Source of the DNA: Chara braunii
Lineage: Eukaryota > Plantae > Charophyceae
DNA length: 64,000 nucleotides
Direction: 5' to 3'
Assembly: GCA_003427395.1 (NCBI GenBank)
Contig: BFEA01000043.1
Span: forward strand, 372,290-436,289
The position numbers and the translations under genes are program-made. Each line of letters begins with the position of its first letter. The first letter of the stretch is position 1. The notes below the pieces were generated by a model. The model saw only the letters and a list, made by a program, of their open reading frames with translations, was not told the DNA's origin and ran no database searches. Shown here one piece after another: positions 1-13,309 of this stretch.

Positions 1-250
1 CTGAGCGTGTGACACCTCTCCTTATGCATCTCGAGCTCATATCATTGGCAATAAATAGCGTACGGCAGGCAGACAATCTTGGCATCCATGAAGGGTTCAC
101 CATCCCCACGCCACTGTTCCGTGCTTCCGCTGCTGTGCTGTTGCTCCAGTGCACGAGTCCACGCACTGTCCTCGACAGGTAAGTCTACAGTTTCTCCTAG
201 CCAGCACAAATCGTGATGGCTGTTGTATCCTGCTAGGAAAGACGCTTCAG

Positions 251-596
251 GTTACTCAAACATTTTCTCCTCACCAGCTCCGCTCGTGCTGGCCGCGATA
301 TCCNGCCATGACGGCGGTCAAGTNCGTTGAACGTTGCTTCTCTCCAGCCAANATCANGATGGCCGCTGTATCCAGCCACAAAAGGTTGAAAGTTTCTCCT
401 TGTCAGCCCAGATCGTGATGACCGTTACTCAAACATTTTCTCCTCACCAGCTCAGCTCGTGCTGGCCGCGATATCCAGCCATGACGGCGGTCAAGTACGT
501 TGAACGTTGCTTCTCTCCAGCCAAGATCACGATGGCCGCTGTATCCAGCCACAAAAGGTTGAAAGTTTCTCCTTGTCAGCCCAGATCGTGATGACC
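251..596. repeat. Tandem duplication, 2 x 173 bp
   Basis: gttactcaaacattttctcctcaccagctc starts at both 251 and 424. Confidence 0.9.
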
Positions 597-1965
597 ATTG
601 TATCCACACATGAAAGGCGATCAGGTAGGTTGAAAGGTTGTCCTCCACCAATCTCCAGACAAAGGATCGTCCACGCAAAAAGATTCTGCCCTATATTGCC
701 ACCAACTATCCACCAGTGCAGAGTACCAGCGGAAGAACGTGCTTCCATCATCTTACAATTCAAAACCTTCAAAGAATGCTCCATGGGAAGTGCGCTAACT
801 TCCAGCGCTCTTCAGTTCGATATGTTCTGTGTGTTCTGGTGAGTTGTGGCACTCGGCCGCTTCATTGGAACCCCTCCCTGTGAGCCTTAGGGGACAAACT
901 CTATCCCTCATGCTCAAGACGACTTCCAGCCGCTGCGTTGAAGCCCTCCGCTCTCCCTACTAGAGGACAAGCTCAAGTCATTGTTGCTCGAGCCCTATGA
1001 TGGCTCGACGGCTTCATGACACACCTCCCCAGTGCTAAGCGCCACAGGGTATGGTGAGCGAACTCCGCGTATATCTGAAAACCCTAAGCCATTCGCGCTC
1101 ACGTGTCACGGAGCTTGAGCGCTTCGGTGCCACCCTCCGCTTCGTCCTCCTCGTCTTGGCCCCCCTCCGTGTCTTATTCATATATTTCGAAGAAGCTGGA
1201 TACAAGAACCCCTTTCCGGAAAAAGAGAAAAAGAAGGAAAGGAAAAGCTGTCTGCCTACCCGTGTTCACCCGAATACAACGTACGGTCATTATTGCTGCA
1301 CCTAGACTCGAAGTTTCCCCAAATACAGCTATAATGGGGGGAAGAAAAGGGGGAAGGGGAGGAGGGGGGGGGAGAGGAGAGGAATAGAAAAAAATACGGC
1401 TCACCACGTCGCCCAGTGTTAGGTTATACTCACACGAGGACGTTTTCGGCCAAACTCTGGGCGTGATTGCGATCAGATTCATCCAAGTTTGGCCGTAATT
1501 GCGATCAGATTCATCCAAGTTCGGCCGTAATTGCAGTCAGATACATTTAGGAAAGTGCTAGTGTGAGCAGGCCCCATAGCGATTTTATTATTTATTAAAT
1601 TATTATTAATACTTTTTGGCCATGTGTGTTGTTGTGACAGTCATGCTTGCTGCACACGACTCCACAAAGAAAGCATGACTGTGGCAGACTCTTCGTTGAA
1701 GTTTCACCGACTCATCATCAGGAGGGGGGAAAGGATGGGGGGAGGGGGGGGCGTGTGTGTGAGTGTGTGCGCGTGCAAGCGCGCGGGCCGTATGCGTGGG
1801 TGAGTGGGTGAGTGGGTGAGTGGGTGAGTGGGTGAGTGGGAGGGGAAGAAAGGCGGATACTTGCGGCTCGCAGTATCACAAATCGTGGCCTTATATATTG
1901 GATGGAAATACAAGAGATACCAACCCCAGTTAGCAGCCAATCCGCCCTCATGATGTTCTGGGAAG

Positions 1966-2001
<36 letters not shown>

Positions 2002-2343
2002 TGGTCCGGACGAGGGAAATCTGGGTCGGGACGCAGTTGCTTGGTGACCTACTCGTATGATGAAAAAGAGAGATTGTGCCTGGCCTTAGCTCACACTCAC
2101 ACTCTGACTTTGTGTGCTGAATCTGACTGCACTGGCGGTCAGATACATCCATGAATCGCCTGGTGATTGCTGCTGCGGTCCTCACCCTAGTAGAGCGCCC
2201 GATCATTAGACGGATGTATTTGGGGCAACTTTCAGTCCAGATACAGCGATAATGCCCTTGCTTTCTATTCCGGCGAGGACGGTAGTTCAATTCGTCGTCC
2301 ACTATCCATCATCTACTTCCCCCCCTCTGTGCAACAGCGGAAA

Positions 2344-2346
2344 ACA

Positions 2347-2427
<81 letters not shown>

Positions 2428-2565
2428 GGGATGCCAGCTGCACAAACAAACAAAGAGAAAGTTGAGCTATCTATATCGGCAGAGAGAGCGAAACAGCAGC
2501 AACACAGGACACAAGGAGTTCTAACCATGGTAAGGATTCATTGAATGTGGACCGTGGCAAAAACC

Positions 2566-2623
<58 letters not shown>

Positions 2624-2648
2624 CGCTCGCTCGCTCGCTCGCTCTCTC
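2344..2648. repeat. (AC)n(AG)n and (TC)n(GCTC)n microsatellites
   Basis: Directly visible. Confidence 0.9.
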
Positions 2649-3373
2649 TACCTTGAGGGTCCCCACCACCTCAGAGAGGTATCAGTTGCCGGGTAGTCGT
2701 TGATGCTTAACCACAACCGGGGTTATGGTTGGTGGTCCCCACCTCCTCAGAGAGGTATCACTTACAGAGTGTAATCAGTTAGGGGATTCTGCTGAAGACT
2801 GTTTTTGAGTGAAACTCCGACGAAACAATTTGTCACAGCCCCCCTCGTTTTTTGCCCTCTTCTCCCTCCCTCCCTCCCTATCTGCCTCCCGCTCTGCCTG
2901 TGCTTTACCGCACAGTCCTGCTTGACGATATATATCATGAAAAAAAAAAAGAAAAAAAAGATTACCACGGTCGCGATGGTATAGGCCAGTGGGTAAATGG
3001 TAAACGCAAGTGACTGTGGTTAAACTGATGACGCGTTAGTTGGAATCATTCGCATAGATAAAAGAGCATCAGGTGCTAGCCCCCTCCCCCTCCAGGGGGA
3101 AAAAAAAGGAGATCAATAGAAATAAAACTAGAAATAAAAATAGAAATAAAAATAGAAATAAAAATAGAAATAAAAATAGGAAAAAAAATAGGGAAAAAAA
3201 TAGAAAAAAAAAACAAAAAAAAACAGAAAAGTAAATGCAGGAATAACAAAAAACATAAAGTAGAAAAATATTTTGTCATTAGAGAAGAAATGGAGAAAGG
3301 AGGATTCCCAATGACCCCATCAGAATCTGATCGTATTCGCTCCCTGGCTGATGTCAGCCTCGAGGGTTCAGCG

Positions 3374-3432
3374 TTTAGGGTTTAGGGTTTAGGGTTAAGG
3401 GCTAAGGGTTTAGGGTTTAGGATTTAGGGTTT
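3374..3432 (+). repeat. Interstitial plant-type telomeric repeat (TTTAGGG)n, about 8 degenerate units
   Basis: tttagggtttagggtttagggttaagggctaagggtttagggtttaggatttaggg. Confidence 0.85.
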
Positions 3433-3540
3433 CCTTCTATCTGAGTGCTTCGATTGATTGATTGATTGACTGGGTGGATTGGTTGGGTGGATTGGTTGGG
3501 TGGATTGATTGATTGATTGATTGATGGGTAGATTGATGGG

Positions 3541-3573
<33 letters not shown>

Positions 3574-4197
3574 CGATGGATGAATGGGAGAGTGGATGGG
3601 TGAATTAGCTAGTTATTCTTCCCTACGTGGCATCCATCCACCCATCTAATCAATCAATTGCCACGTGGCCTGCCCAGGGTAATCATCAAGTCGGTTGTAA
3701 CGAGCATTTGCCACGTGGATGGAGCTTGATTACCACTCCTCCCTCACACCTCTCTCTTTCTCTCTCTCTTCTCTTCGGCGTTCCGTTCTTCCCCTTCATG
3801 CTGGACTCGCTCAGGCCCCTCCATTGCCACCTGGCCTTCGAAGACAGGTTGCCACGTGGCGTTGAAAAAGATTCCCGCGGAGGTCCCAATCGATGGCCAG
3901 GTGGCATTCTCAACGATTGCCACGTGGCGTTCAAGAGGACAGCCACGTCGCGTTCGTCCACGTAGATTACCTCGATTGCCACGTCACTTTGGTTTACGTG
4001 GCGTTCTATCCGATTGACAAGTGGCATTCTAAATGATTGCCTCGATTTCCACGCGACGTTCTAATCGATTGCCACGTGGCATTGGAAACGTGTGGAACGA
4101 CCAAGTCAGGGCGAGGACGAGAAGATAGACAACGAGGGGAAGAAAAGAAAAAAAGAAAAAAAAAAAGAAGAAAGCTCCTTGTTGGAAGGAGGAGGAG

Positions 4198-4813
4198 CGG
4201 GGGCGAGGTCCCATTAGCAGTCGGATAGGAGTGTGCCCGATCCAGTGTGACAAGTTCATTACGAATTTCTGGGCTGAGAAAACAGGAAAAAGGCCAAAAA
4301 AAAAAGAAGAAACAGAGACCTCCCACCGGAAATCACAGCAGTGTGCTTCCCAGCCATCAGATCACAAATGATCTGATGGTGGTGGTTGCAAAAACAGTGA
4401 AAAAAGTAACCGCCACATTTTCTGGAATAAACTTGACTTCTGACAGAAGTGATCCTGACACCCTCCATATGCTCCGTGATTGAAGGAGGGCTCCACCCAA
4501 TGAGATAATTGCACAACAGCAAGTAAAATGCTGAAAATCTTCTATCCAGTGGGCTAAGGCCGACCCCAACCTCGTTTGGGGTTGGCCACAGTCCCAACCG
4601 ATTGAAAAGATTCTGGCGGGAAGCTGTCTTTGCACGGGCATGCCCAGTGTGAAGGAGAGGAGGAGGGGAGCGAAGATCTCCTTATTTTTTCGGGTAATAC
4701 ATGTAAAATACTGACGGTGGGATCACCAGTAGTGCACGGCAGGATTTGGGTCACTCAACGGCCCCACAATCTCGTTTCTATCCTATCCCGTTGCTAGTGG
4801 GACCTCGCCCCTG
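4198..4813. mobile_element. Non-autonomous TIR element (MITE-like)
   Basis: 31-bp inverted repeats ggggcgaggtcccattagcagtcggatagga (4200-4230) and tcctatcccgttgctagtgggacctcgcccc (4781-4811); no clean TSD. Confidence 0.65.
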
Positions 4814-5197
4814 GAGAAGGGTGCGCTTCCCCCTCCATGATAGGTCTTCTGCTTGTTTTTTTTTTTTTTTTTTTTTCCCCCGACCATGATAGCTCTTGTC
4901 TTGTTTGGAGAGGAGCGGGAAAAGCGAATTAAATGCTAATTTTCAACATACAAATAAACAAACAAACAAACAAAATAATAATAAAAATATTTTAAATACA
5001 GCAAAAAAATACTAAAATAGTCTTGTTTGGCACTTTCTTTTTCTTTTCTTCTTTTTTTCTTTTTTTTTTCCCTCCGGCACTTCCGGTGACGGTCCGCTCG
5101 ACAATCGAAACCGTTAGCAACCGTTTGCGATCGTTAGCAATCCTTAACCGACGTTACCCTCTGGCCGTTAGTGCAGTCGTTTGCGGTCGTTAGCAGT

Positions 5198-5232
<35 letters not shown>

Positions 5233-5381
5233 CAGATTTTGACCACTACCGTAAAAGACCGCGTTTTCCCAAAAGAAAAAAGAAGGAAAAAAAAAAGACA
5301 GCGTTTGCGATTGTCAGCAACCGTTTGCGTGTGCAGTGATGTCACGGACGAAGAGCTTGTGGTGAGATCGGACAACTCTAC

Positions 5382-5432
<51 letters not shown>

Positions 5433-6300
5433 CGGAGGGAGGGAGACGCAGAGAGAAAAGGAGGAGGAAGACGGCGGTCTAAAATAAAAATAGAAAAATA
5501 GAAAAGAGGCGCGTAGATTTTCAGTTTTATTTTTTCCTTGTGGAGCGTAAGATTAGGTGCTGATCTTTTCAGAAAAACGAGGCGCAAAAAAAAATAAAAA
5601 GGAGGCGCATAAAATCTGGTCTAGAATAGAAGCGTTCACTTTTTTTCTTTTTTCTTGTTTTTTTTTTAAACGCTTACCTCTTCAGGAAGTTGTACGGACA
5701 GCGCTGCGCTTCACGTCATCGCGGCCACTTTAGGTTACCCCAGCTACTTCTTCACGCTCTTTTTTATATATATATATATTCATATATTTATATATTTATA
5801 TACATATGCACCTCCTTCATGATAGAACGCCCGGTCATCACTGCTGTATGTAGACTGAAAGTCCGCCAAATACAGTCACAATGACCGGGCGCTCTATTCG
5901 AGGGAAGATGGTAACGATCTGTTGGATGCCGTTTCCCTCCGGCATCGTCAGACAGAGTGCCCCCTCACAGCCCGGAGGGCTGAACTTCCGCCTACCTGAA
6001 CTGATTGAAAGAAAAGACATAATTCTATTATATTATATTATATATAGGCTGTATCTGGCTGGAAAGATCGCTTGTATACATTCATGATTCATGGTGAGGA
6101 AGATAATATCTGTGGCCGATTCCGACCGTAGATAACGAACCAAGATTGACGGCCAGGATTTGCTCAATCCGTCCGTGCGAATGGGACCATACCGGGGGGA
6201 GAGGAGGGGAGCCGGGGAGGGGGGGGGAGGGAGGAGGGGTGGAATTCCCTGAGAGCAATGAATGAAACTGGGAAGAACAAAGTCACAAGCACTGTCACAC

Positions 6301-6338
6301 CTGTCTCTTATACACATCTAGATGTGTATAAGAGACAG
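6301..6338. other. Nextera mate-pair junction adapter (sequencing/assembly artefact)
   Basis: Exact CTGTCTCTTATACACATCT+AGATGTGTATAAGAGACAG, two head-to-head Tn5 mosaic ends. Confidence 0.97.
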
Positions 6339-9300
6339 GGAAGGAGGGGAGCGGGGGGGAAAAGGAGGGAGGCAGGGGGCGATGGGAGGATGAGGAGGGA
6401 GTGGGGGGCGATTGTATTCGGTGGTGGAGGGATCGCGACGCTACTGGGTTCGCGACGCTACTGGCTGGAGAGACCTGTCGGGAGCGCGGCGTGGTTCTGA
6501 TTTTCCTCGTCACGGCACAGAAGGCACATGCGCGTTGGAACTCGAAATGGACTTGACGCAATTTTCAGGCCAGAAACAGATCTGATGACCATGCCTTGGA
6601 AATGTACTTCATGGCATTTTTTAGGCCAGAAACAGATCTGATGGCCATGCCTTTTAATCGAGGAAGATGAAGAGGGGTGGGACGGAGGCGGAGGCCAGGT
6701 TCGGTCGGCCGATTGCGGTTTATAGTCTCGGCCTCGTCGGGCTGGGCCCTTATAATTATTATTTTTATTAGGGATAATTTGCAAAATACCCCCATCAGTT
6801 GAGATATGTGCGAAATACCGTTCTGTGCCCTGATAATAAAGGGAACCTTCCTTTAAAAAACACCAAAAAAACAAAAAAAAACTCATGAAAGAAAATCTCC
6901 GGTACAAACATCAATGCATTTATTATATATTTTCGTTTTCTTTCTTTCCTTTTAGGGAAAGTTTGCTTTATACCTCTCGAAGTTGAGATATATGCCAAAA
7001 TGCCCCTAAAAGATGTGGGTAGAGCGGAATACCCTTCTGAGAAGTTCTGACCATGAAAATCTTTGCAAAATACCCTTCACCCAGTTGGACCAACCATCTT
7101 TGCAATATGCCCCTACAGTGTACGGTCCAAGTTTTCGAAATACCCCCATACATGTGAACTTTCAAAGGGCCCAATTAATTTTTAGTTTACCCCTATTGGC
7201 CTGCCTCATCTTCTTTTTTTTCTTTTTCTTTTAAGGCTAATTCTTTAAGCCCAACCAATTCAATTACCTGTCAAATCTGGACAGGACGGCCTTTCAGGCC
7301 GTTTTTATTGTCGTTATAGTATTATGGGGAACCCCGTAGCAGCCACATCCGTGCTCAAGCCTCCAACGAGGGAACATGCAGGAGCTGCACCCACCTGCAG
7401 GTGCGATACCTGCGACAGCAGGTGGGCGATACCGGCCAGGGGTCAGCCGGTAGCATCAGGACTGAGCTTCTTCGATGGGCCAGTCACCACCCTGGCCGAA
7501 AAGAAATATATATTCAGGCAAAATCCGGAAAACTCCTTCACACGTTGTGTGAAAACCACGTCGTGCGAAAATGCCCAAGTTCCCGCATATTGGCAGATTG
7601 TCGTTGCGTTGCCCGTTCACCGCCTTGTGGCGCCATACTCTACTCCAAGTTGCAGGGATATCTTAACTGAGATCTCCCTGGAAGAAGAGATCAAGAACAC
7701 ATGAGAGTTCCTCCGACTATGAGTTGTGGGGTACTCTCAAATAAACTCGAATTTACGGTAGCATTCCCATAATCTTTTCACAACAGTAAGACACTTCGGA
7801 ACAAAAAGTTGAGACGAACATGATGCTCAACAACCTTGGGTGTATGTGACGCGCCAGCTTTCGAACCTGCGCCATCTTCCAACCTCCCCCTCCTCTTTCG
7901 GTATCTGAGTGTTTTTGCAAATAGGCCGACGAGGCCTCTTTTTGTATTTCCATGAATTAATGTGCCTTGTTCGTAATCAGGAAGGCCCGTCCTTCTCAAG
8001 ACCTTTGTCATTTTTGGATCGGTTTTTGGAATTTCATTTTTTTTTGCAATTCGGGAAATGCATGGGAATTATGCGCGCCTTAGCGAACGCACTAGCAATT
8101 TGGGTCGACAGTTAGGAATTCCGGAATGAGCGGAACCTGACGTGTCCTTTCTTGTGCATGAATGTTCGTAACTTCGTCTTGGAAAACTCTAAGAATTTTC
8201 GTAGGAATCCGAATAGGTATAGGACTTTTTCCCGCGCTCGCTCTACGCGCAGACTTTTTCCCGCGTTCGTTCTACGCGCGGATATGGTACTTTTCAATTT
8301 TGAATTAGCTGTAACTGTTTCGGTGCCCTTTTTGCCTTCACGTCGCCGCCATGCATGCGAACCTCCCCTCCTCACTTCCCTCACTACCTTCGACACTCTC
8401 TTCTTCGCGCTCACGCTCCTTCTTTCTCTGTAATCGTTTTCCATCTCTCCTTCGCCTCGTGCGCCTATTCTCTTTCTTGATCGTCTGAATCTTAATTCCG
8501 TTTCACGCTATTCTTCATGCTCGTCTTCTTCCCGTTCTAATCCTCGGACCGAAATATTCTGTCGACTCCCTCTTCCTTCCCTCTAGCCAAGGAGACATAC
8601 CGTGTAAGAGGGAAATTCCTTATATACGAAGATTCTGATTGGCTACAAATGGGATCCAAAGGATCGACATGGCCTTCGTCAGGCGAGTGTCCCTGAACCT
8701 ACCTCTACCCCTCCCTACCTCAGTACTAACCCTTCCTAGCGTCTATCTTCTTTTCCACAACTATAAATTCCGCAAGCGCTCCCAAAAATCTCTCTCTAGA
8801 CTCATCAGCCAACTTCCGGGAAGCAGTGGCTAGGTGGTATGTGGAAAGGTGTGAGTCGAAAAGTCCCGACGAGCTGACTGTAACCTTGGCGGCGGAGCGC
8901 TGGATCGCCCGACAAACTATGGGATCCAGGCCAGACCGTTGAAAGACTAAGTTGGCGGGGTGACGATCTTCATGGTGGAATTTTATGACGAAAGTGCTTC
9001 TTTTTGTCCCAAAATCTGTATCTTCGAGCGTGAGTTTTAATCACTCGGTTTCTAAGCCGGAATTTCCCTTGACAAAATCGTCGGACATTTTGTGATTGCT
9101 TTCTACTCGTTCCTCCCCTTTGATCTGCGTCTATTCTCCCTCACTCTCTCCTTTTGTCATAATGGATGAATTATGGTAACTTTGCTTCTCTCACTTTGAT
9201 ATGTGCATGCAGAGGGTCGTATTAGAGAGCTTGTTGTAGCATGATGGGGAGGTTGACTGGATGATCAGGCTGCCTGGAGTGTCAAACAAATGATGTACGA

Positions 9301-10185
9301 TTAAGAAAATTTTTTGTGCTTGCTTTGGTTGCCATGTGGATTGAACGCCCCAACCCGACCGGGCGCCAACTTCCAGTGCCCCCGTTGCGCCCCTTCCCGT
9401 ACAACGAGGAAAGGATACGTCATACGTGTATGCGAGTGGGACGTACGAGAAGTCGTCACTAAGATCGGCGGGCGCTACTACTTTCCTCCCGAAACTCGAT
9501 GTTCTGGGTTCGTTGGTGCGGGTTTTGTTATTGTTGATACGCACTTTCCGCCCTATTCGTTGTTGTTGCCATTTAATGAGTTGATCGTCGTCCCGTGGAC
9601 GGCAGTGAAGCCTCATTGGCCTAGCACTCTGTGCAGCGATTGTCACCGCCTCGAGCGTTACCGAGCTAAGGGTTTCCACTACCGCACACGTGGCGAGGAC
9701 AAGCATAAGGAGAGGGCTACTCGATTGAAGCCCTCCACGTCGGATTCGGAGTTGTGTAACGAGCGCCGATGAGACCTCATCCATAAACAGAATACCACGT
9801 GTGTACCCGCCCTCTTTCACGCGAAACGAAGAGCGACGGCTCGCTGGGAAGTTCAACGATACTTTTTGGATTAAATTTCCCATAGCCGCGAGTCCCGCAC
9901 GCGCCTTTTTCTCCCTTAAACCCGCGCAGCAATGAACCTCCTTCTTACTAAAATCGGACCAACACGGGGAATTTCAGTTTTGTCTGTGTCCCCACACTCA
10001 ACTTTTTCAAAAATCCTTAGCACACCCCATCTTCACTGTCCTCCCGGGGCCCTTCCGCAAATCAAAACGCTCCGACCGGAAAGCAGCGCGGGGCGTGAGG
10101 TTGAGCGTCACATGTAGGCTTCTAGTCCCACTCGCTGTAACACTTGGCTATCTTAAGTGTCATTTCGGCCCACAAGCCCCCGAGT

Positions 10186-12051
10186 TTATTTGCGACTTTG
10201 AAAATTGCTGAAAAAAATAGTCTTGCTCTTGTAGCCCGCCTCTTTTAGTTCCCTGTGGATTGTGATTATAGAAAGAGGCAGGAGAGCTTCACAGGTTGTA
10301 TTCCTGTGTATCCGATATACTGTTCCCATAATGTAGGCTATTTTTTGTTCAGTAGCCCCAAAAGAGGCAAAATGTCTTGTGATCATATATCTGGGTTTTC
10401 GTGGGTCCTCCCAGATACTCTCGTCATTTTTGAATTTATGCATGGTAATGATCTCAGTGGATTCTTCAAGCACAAAGATCTTGGTCCCCACGCACTCAGC
10501 GATGTTATGATTTTCATCTGTTTTTTTCAATCTCAAGTCCGAGTGATAGCAGAAACTGATCCTTTTCATTGGCTTCGCTTCTTCTTCTTTTACTTTGAAA
10601 AAACCCAAGAGGAGCCAATCATCAACATATCTTTTCCCGAAAATCGTTTGCTGGTCTTTACCGAGACTCCTCAAAACTTGGTTCTCGACGAACATACAGA
10701 CGAGGCAGGCCAGAGGTGGACTGGCCTGTCCCCCACGGGTATTCCTTTATTCTGTTTTAGGATCTTCCCACATGATTAAAAAAAACAATTATCCAAAATA
10801 AAATCAATGAGATTTTCGAGGTCTCGGAGGCAGACAAATTTCCATCCACCTTCCCCAACAGATTTGTTGAGTGTTGCACCTTTATCGGGTCTACACCTTG
10901 TTTTTACGCGAGCCTAATGTTTTCCTTTATCTCGCTCTTCAGAAAAAAATCCATTGCACCGCTCTTCTTACCTCAGAGTGAGTTATCTTTGAAAACATCT
11001 CTTTTATGTCATGGGTCTGAATTTTCACCTTCAGGTTTTCTTTCTTCAGCTTTGTGTTGACAACATAAATACTGTTCTTTATATCTTCACCATACCTCAG
11101 GTTAAAGTGCTGCATTTTTGTTGCGCGATTCAGCAAATTGAGAACTTTCACATTCAACTTTCTTGATTCCCTCAAAGTTAGCGTTGTTGTTGAAAGTGGC
11201 AAGCATTCTAGCCAATAAGTGACAGGGCAATCAACGAGGGTCCCTTTGGGATTGCGATCGAGTGGAGATAGTACGAGTCCCTCAAACGCTTCCCTCAGGT
11301 CCAATACATACTCGTTGAGAACCGCGCCCTTTGGTAATTCACAAGCAGGTCTCATAAGTTTTATTGGTGAGATTTTGAAGGTGTCCTAGACACCGGCCTT
11401 CGAAAGGACAAGCAACGCATGTGTTGACAACATTTGTTTACTTCACAAATATCAGTCAATCTCCCAAGGTGAGGTGCATTTCAGGCATTGTCAACAAAAG
11501 AGTCAACACCCGGAATATCGCTCAATCTAACCTGAACATGCCCGTGTTCTTTGGGAAGTTGAAACCTTGAACATACACTTTTTGCATTAGAATGAGAAGC
11601 ATACATCTTGTGGCTGTGCAGTAGGTCACCAACAGATTTGGACTTGGTCCAGACTGTTCGTAACTTCTTTTGCAACAAGTTAGTGAGATCCGGAGAGGTG
11701 ATTTTTTTCCCAATCCAGTCACAAACTTCAGTCCTGACCGCTTCTTTATTTATGGTCGGGCTGAAGGGTATTTTACTATTTTTATTGTGATCCTTTTTTT
11801 CTCTAGGGTTAAACGGTTAAACCTCGAGTTTTTCTTTAGTTTGGTTGAGATCAATCCTCTAACAATCTGCCTCCCATGCTTCAAGTTGTTATTTATACAT
11901 TTTAGGCCTTTCAACATCGAAATTAGTTCCCCAGTCCCATTTTCCTCAAAAATAAATCTTCGCTTCCAGGGAGCACGCAGCAGTGCGATCAGCTTAGCTT
12001 TTCGTCGGTCTGCTTCATATTCAATTTTAACTAGACAGGTAATTTCCCATT
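10186..12051 (-). mobile_element. Decayed Penelope-like element, RT-containing 3' part
   Basis: VLSPLDRNP, motif A THDIKEMFSKITH, motif B GIPVG/SPPLACL (frameshifted), motif C KRYVDD, thumb HFASFGATEQKIAYIMGTVYRI...LKEAGY; many stops and frameshifts. Confidence 0.75.
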
Positions 12052-13268
12052 TGTTATGACCCTGGCCAATTTCGAGATACACATCCACTGAGAAATACAA
12101 TGCCATCTAATTGTAGAAAGAAATGAATGAACTTGAGAGGGGAGAGTGGAGTATAAGAAGAAGAAGAAATGAGAAAGAAGAAGAAGAAGATGTACACCAG
12201 CAAAGATGATGACAAGGCTCTTCTTCTTCGCCCAACAATCTCCTCCTCCNNNNNNNNNNNNNNNNNNNNNNNNNNNNNNNNNNNNNNNNNNNNNNNNNNN
12301 NNNNNNNNNNNNNNNNNNNNNNNNNNNNNNNNNNNNNNNNNNNNNNNNNNNNNNNNNNNNNNNNNNNNNNNNNNNNNNNNNNNNNNNNNNNNNNNNNNNN
12401 NNNNNNNNNNNNNNNNNNNNNNNNNNNNNNNNNNNNNNNNNNNNNNNNNNNNNNNNNNNNNNNNNNNNNNNNNNNNNNNNNNNNNNNNNNNNNNNNNNNN
12501 NNNNNNNNNNNNNNNNNNNNNNNNNNNNNNNNNNNNNNNNNNNNNNNNNNNNNNNNNNNNNNNNNNNNNNNNNNNNNNNNNNNNNNNNNNNNNNNNNNNN
12601 NNNNNNNNNNNNNNNNNNNNNNNNNNNNNNNNNNNNNNNNNNNNNNNNNNNNNNNNNNNNNNNNNNNNNNNNNNNNNNNNNNNNNNNNNNNNNNNNNNNN
12701 NNNNNNNNNNNNNNNNNNNNNNNNNNNNNNNNNNNNNNNNNNNNNNNNNNNNNNNNNNNNNNNNNNNNNNNNNNNNNNNNNNNNNNNNNNNNNNNNNNNN
12801 NNNNNNNNNNNNNNNNNNNNNNNNNNNNNNNNNNNNNNNNNNNNNNNNNNNNNNNNNNNNNNNNNNNNNNNNNNNNNNNNNNNNNNNNNNNNNNNNNNNN
12901 NNNNNNNNNNNNNNNNNNNNNNNNNNNNNNNNNNNNNNNNNNNNNNNNNNNNNNNNNNNNNNNNNNNNNNNNNNNNNNNNNNNNNNNNNNNNNNNNNNNN
13001 NNNNNNNNNNNNNNNNNNNNNNNNNNNNNNNNNNNNNNNNNNNNNNNNNNNNNNNNNNNNNNNNNNNNNNNNNNNNNNNNNNNNNNNNNNNNNNNNNNNN
13101 NNNNNNNNNNNNNNNNNNNNNNNNNNNNNNNNNNNNNNNGACATGCAGTCCAGCAAGCACACACACACACAGACTTAGCAGGCGGGGAACTCAGTAGGGC
13201 ATTCAGTCTATGAGCAAAACTCAGAAATCAGCTGCGTGTTTCAGTCCGTGTTTGGACGGGTTATCACA
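12052..13268 (-). repeat. 3' LTR of the gypsy element (N gap inside)
   Basis: tgttatgaccctggcc...ggacgggttatcaca; both sequenced ends match 20335-21426. Confidence 0.93.
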
Positions 13269-13281
13269 CTACCCCCCCCTC
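13269..13281 (-). promoter_or_regulatory. Polypurine tract
   Basis: Minus strand G-rich run (GAG...GGGGTAG) abutting the TG of the 3' LTR. Confidence 0.88.
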
Positions 13282-13309
13282 AAGACCGAGGTCCCTTTGA
13301 GCGAGTAAC

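Noticed and set aside
2968-3055. tRNA-derived SINE head (taggccagtgggt ... agttggaatc)
   Set aside because: A and B boxes are too degenerate and no cloverleaf can be drawn.
8738-8812. Possible PLE hammerhead ribozyme (minus strand ctgatgagtcta...tagacg)
   Set aside because: The GAAA core and stems I and III could not be found.
12031-13213. Long ORFs of 300-380 aa in the track (also at 20296-21355 and 58533-59442)
   Set aside because: They only span N gaps.
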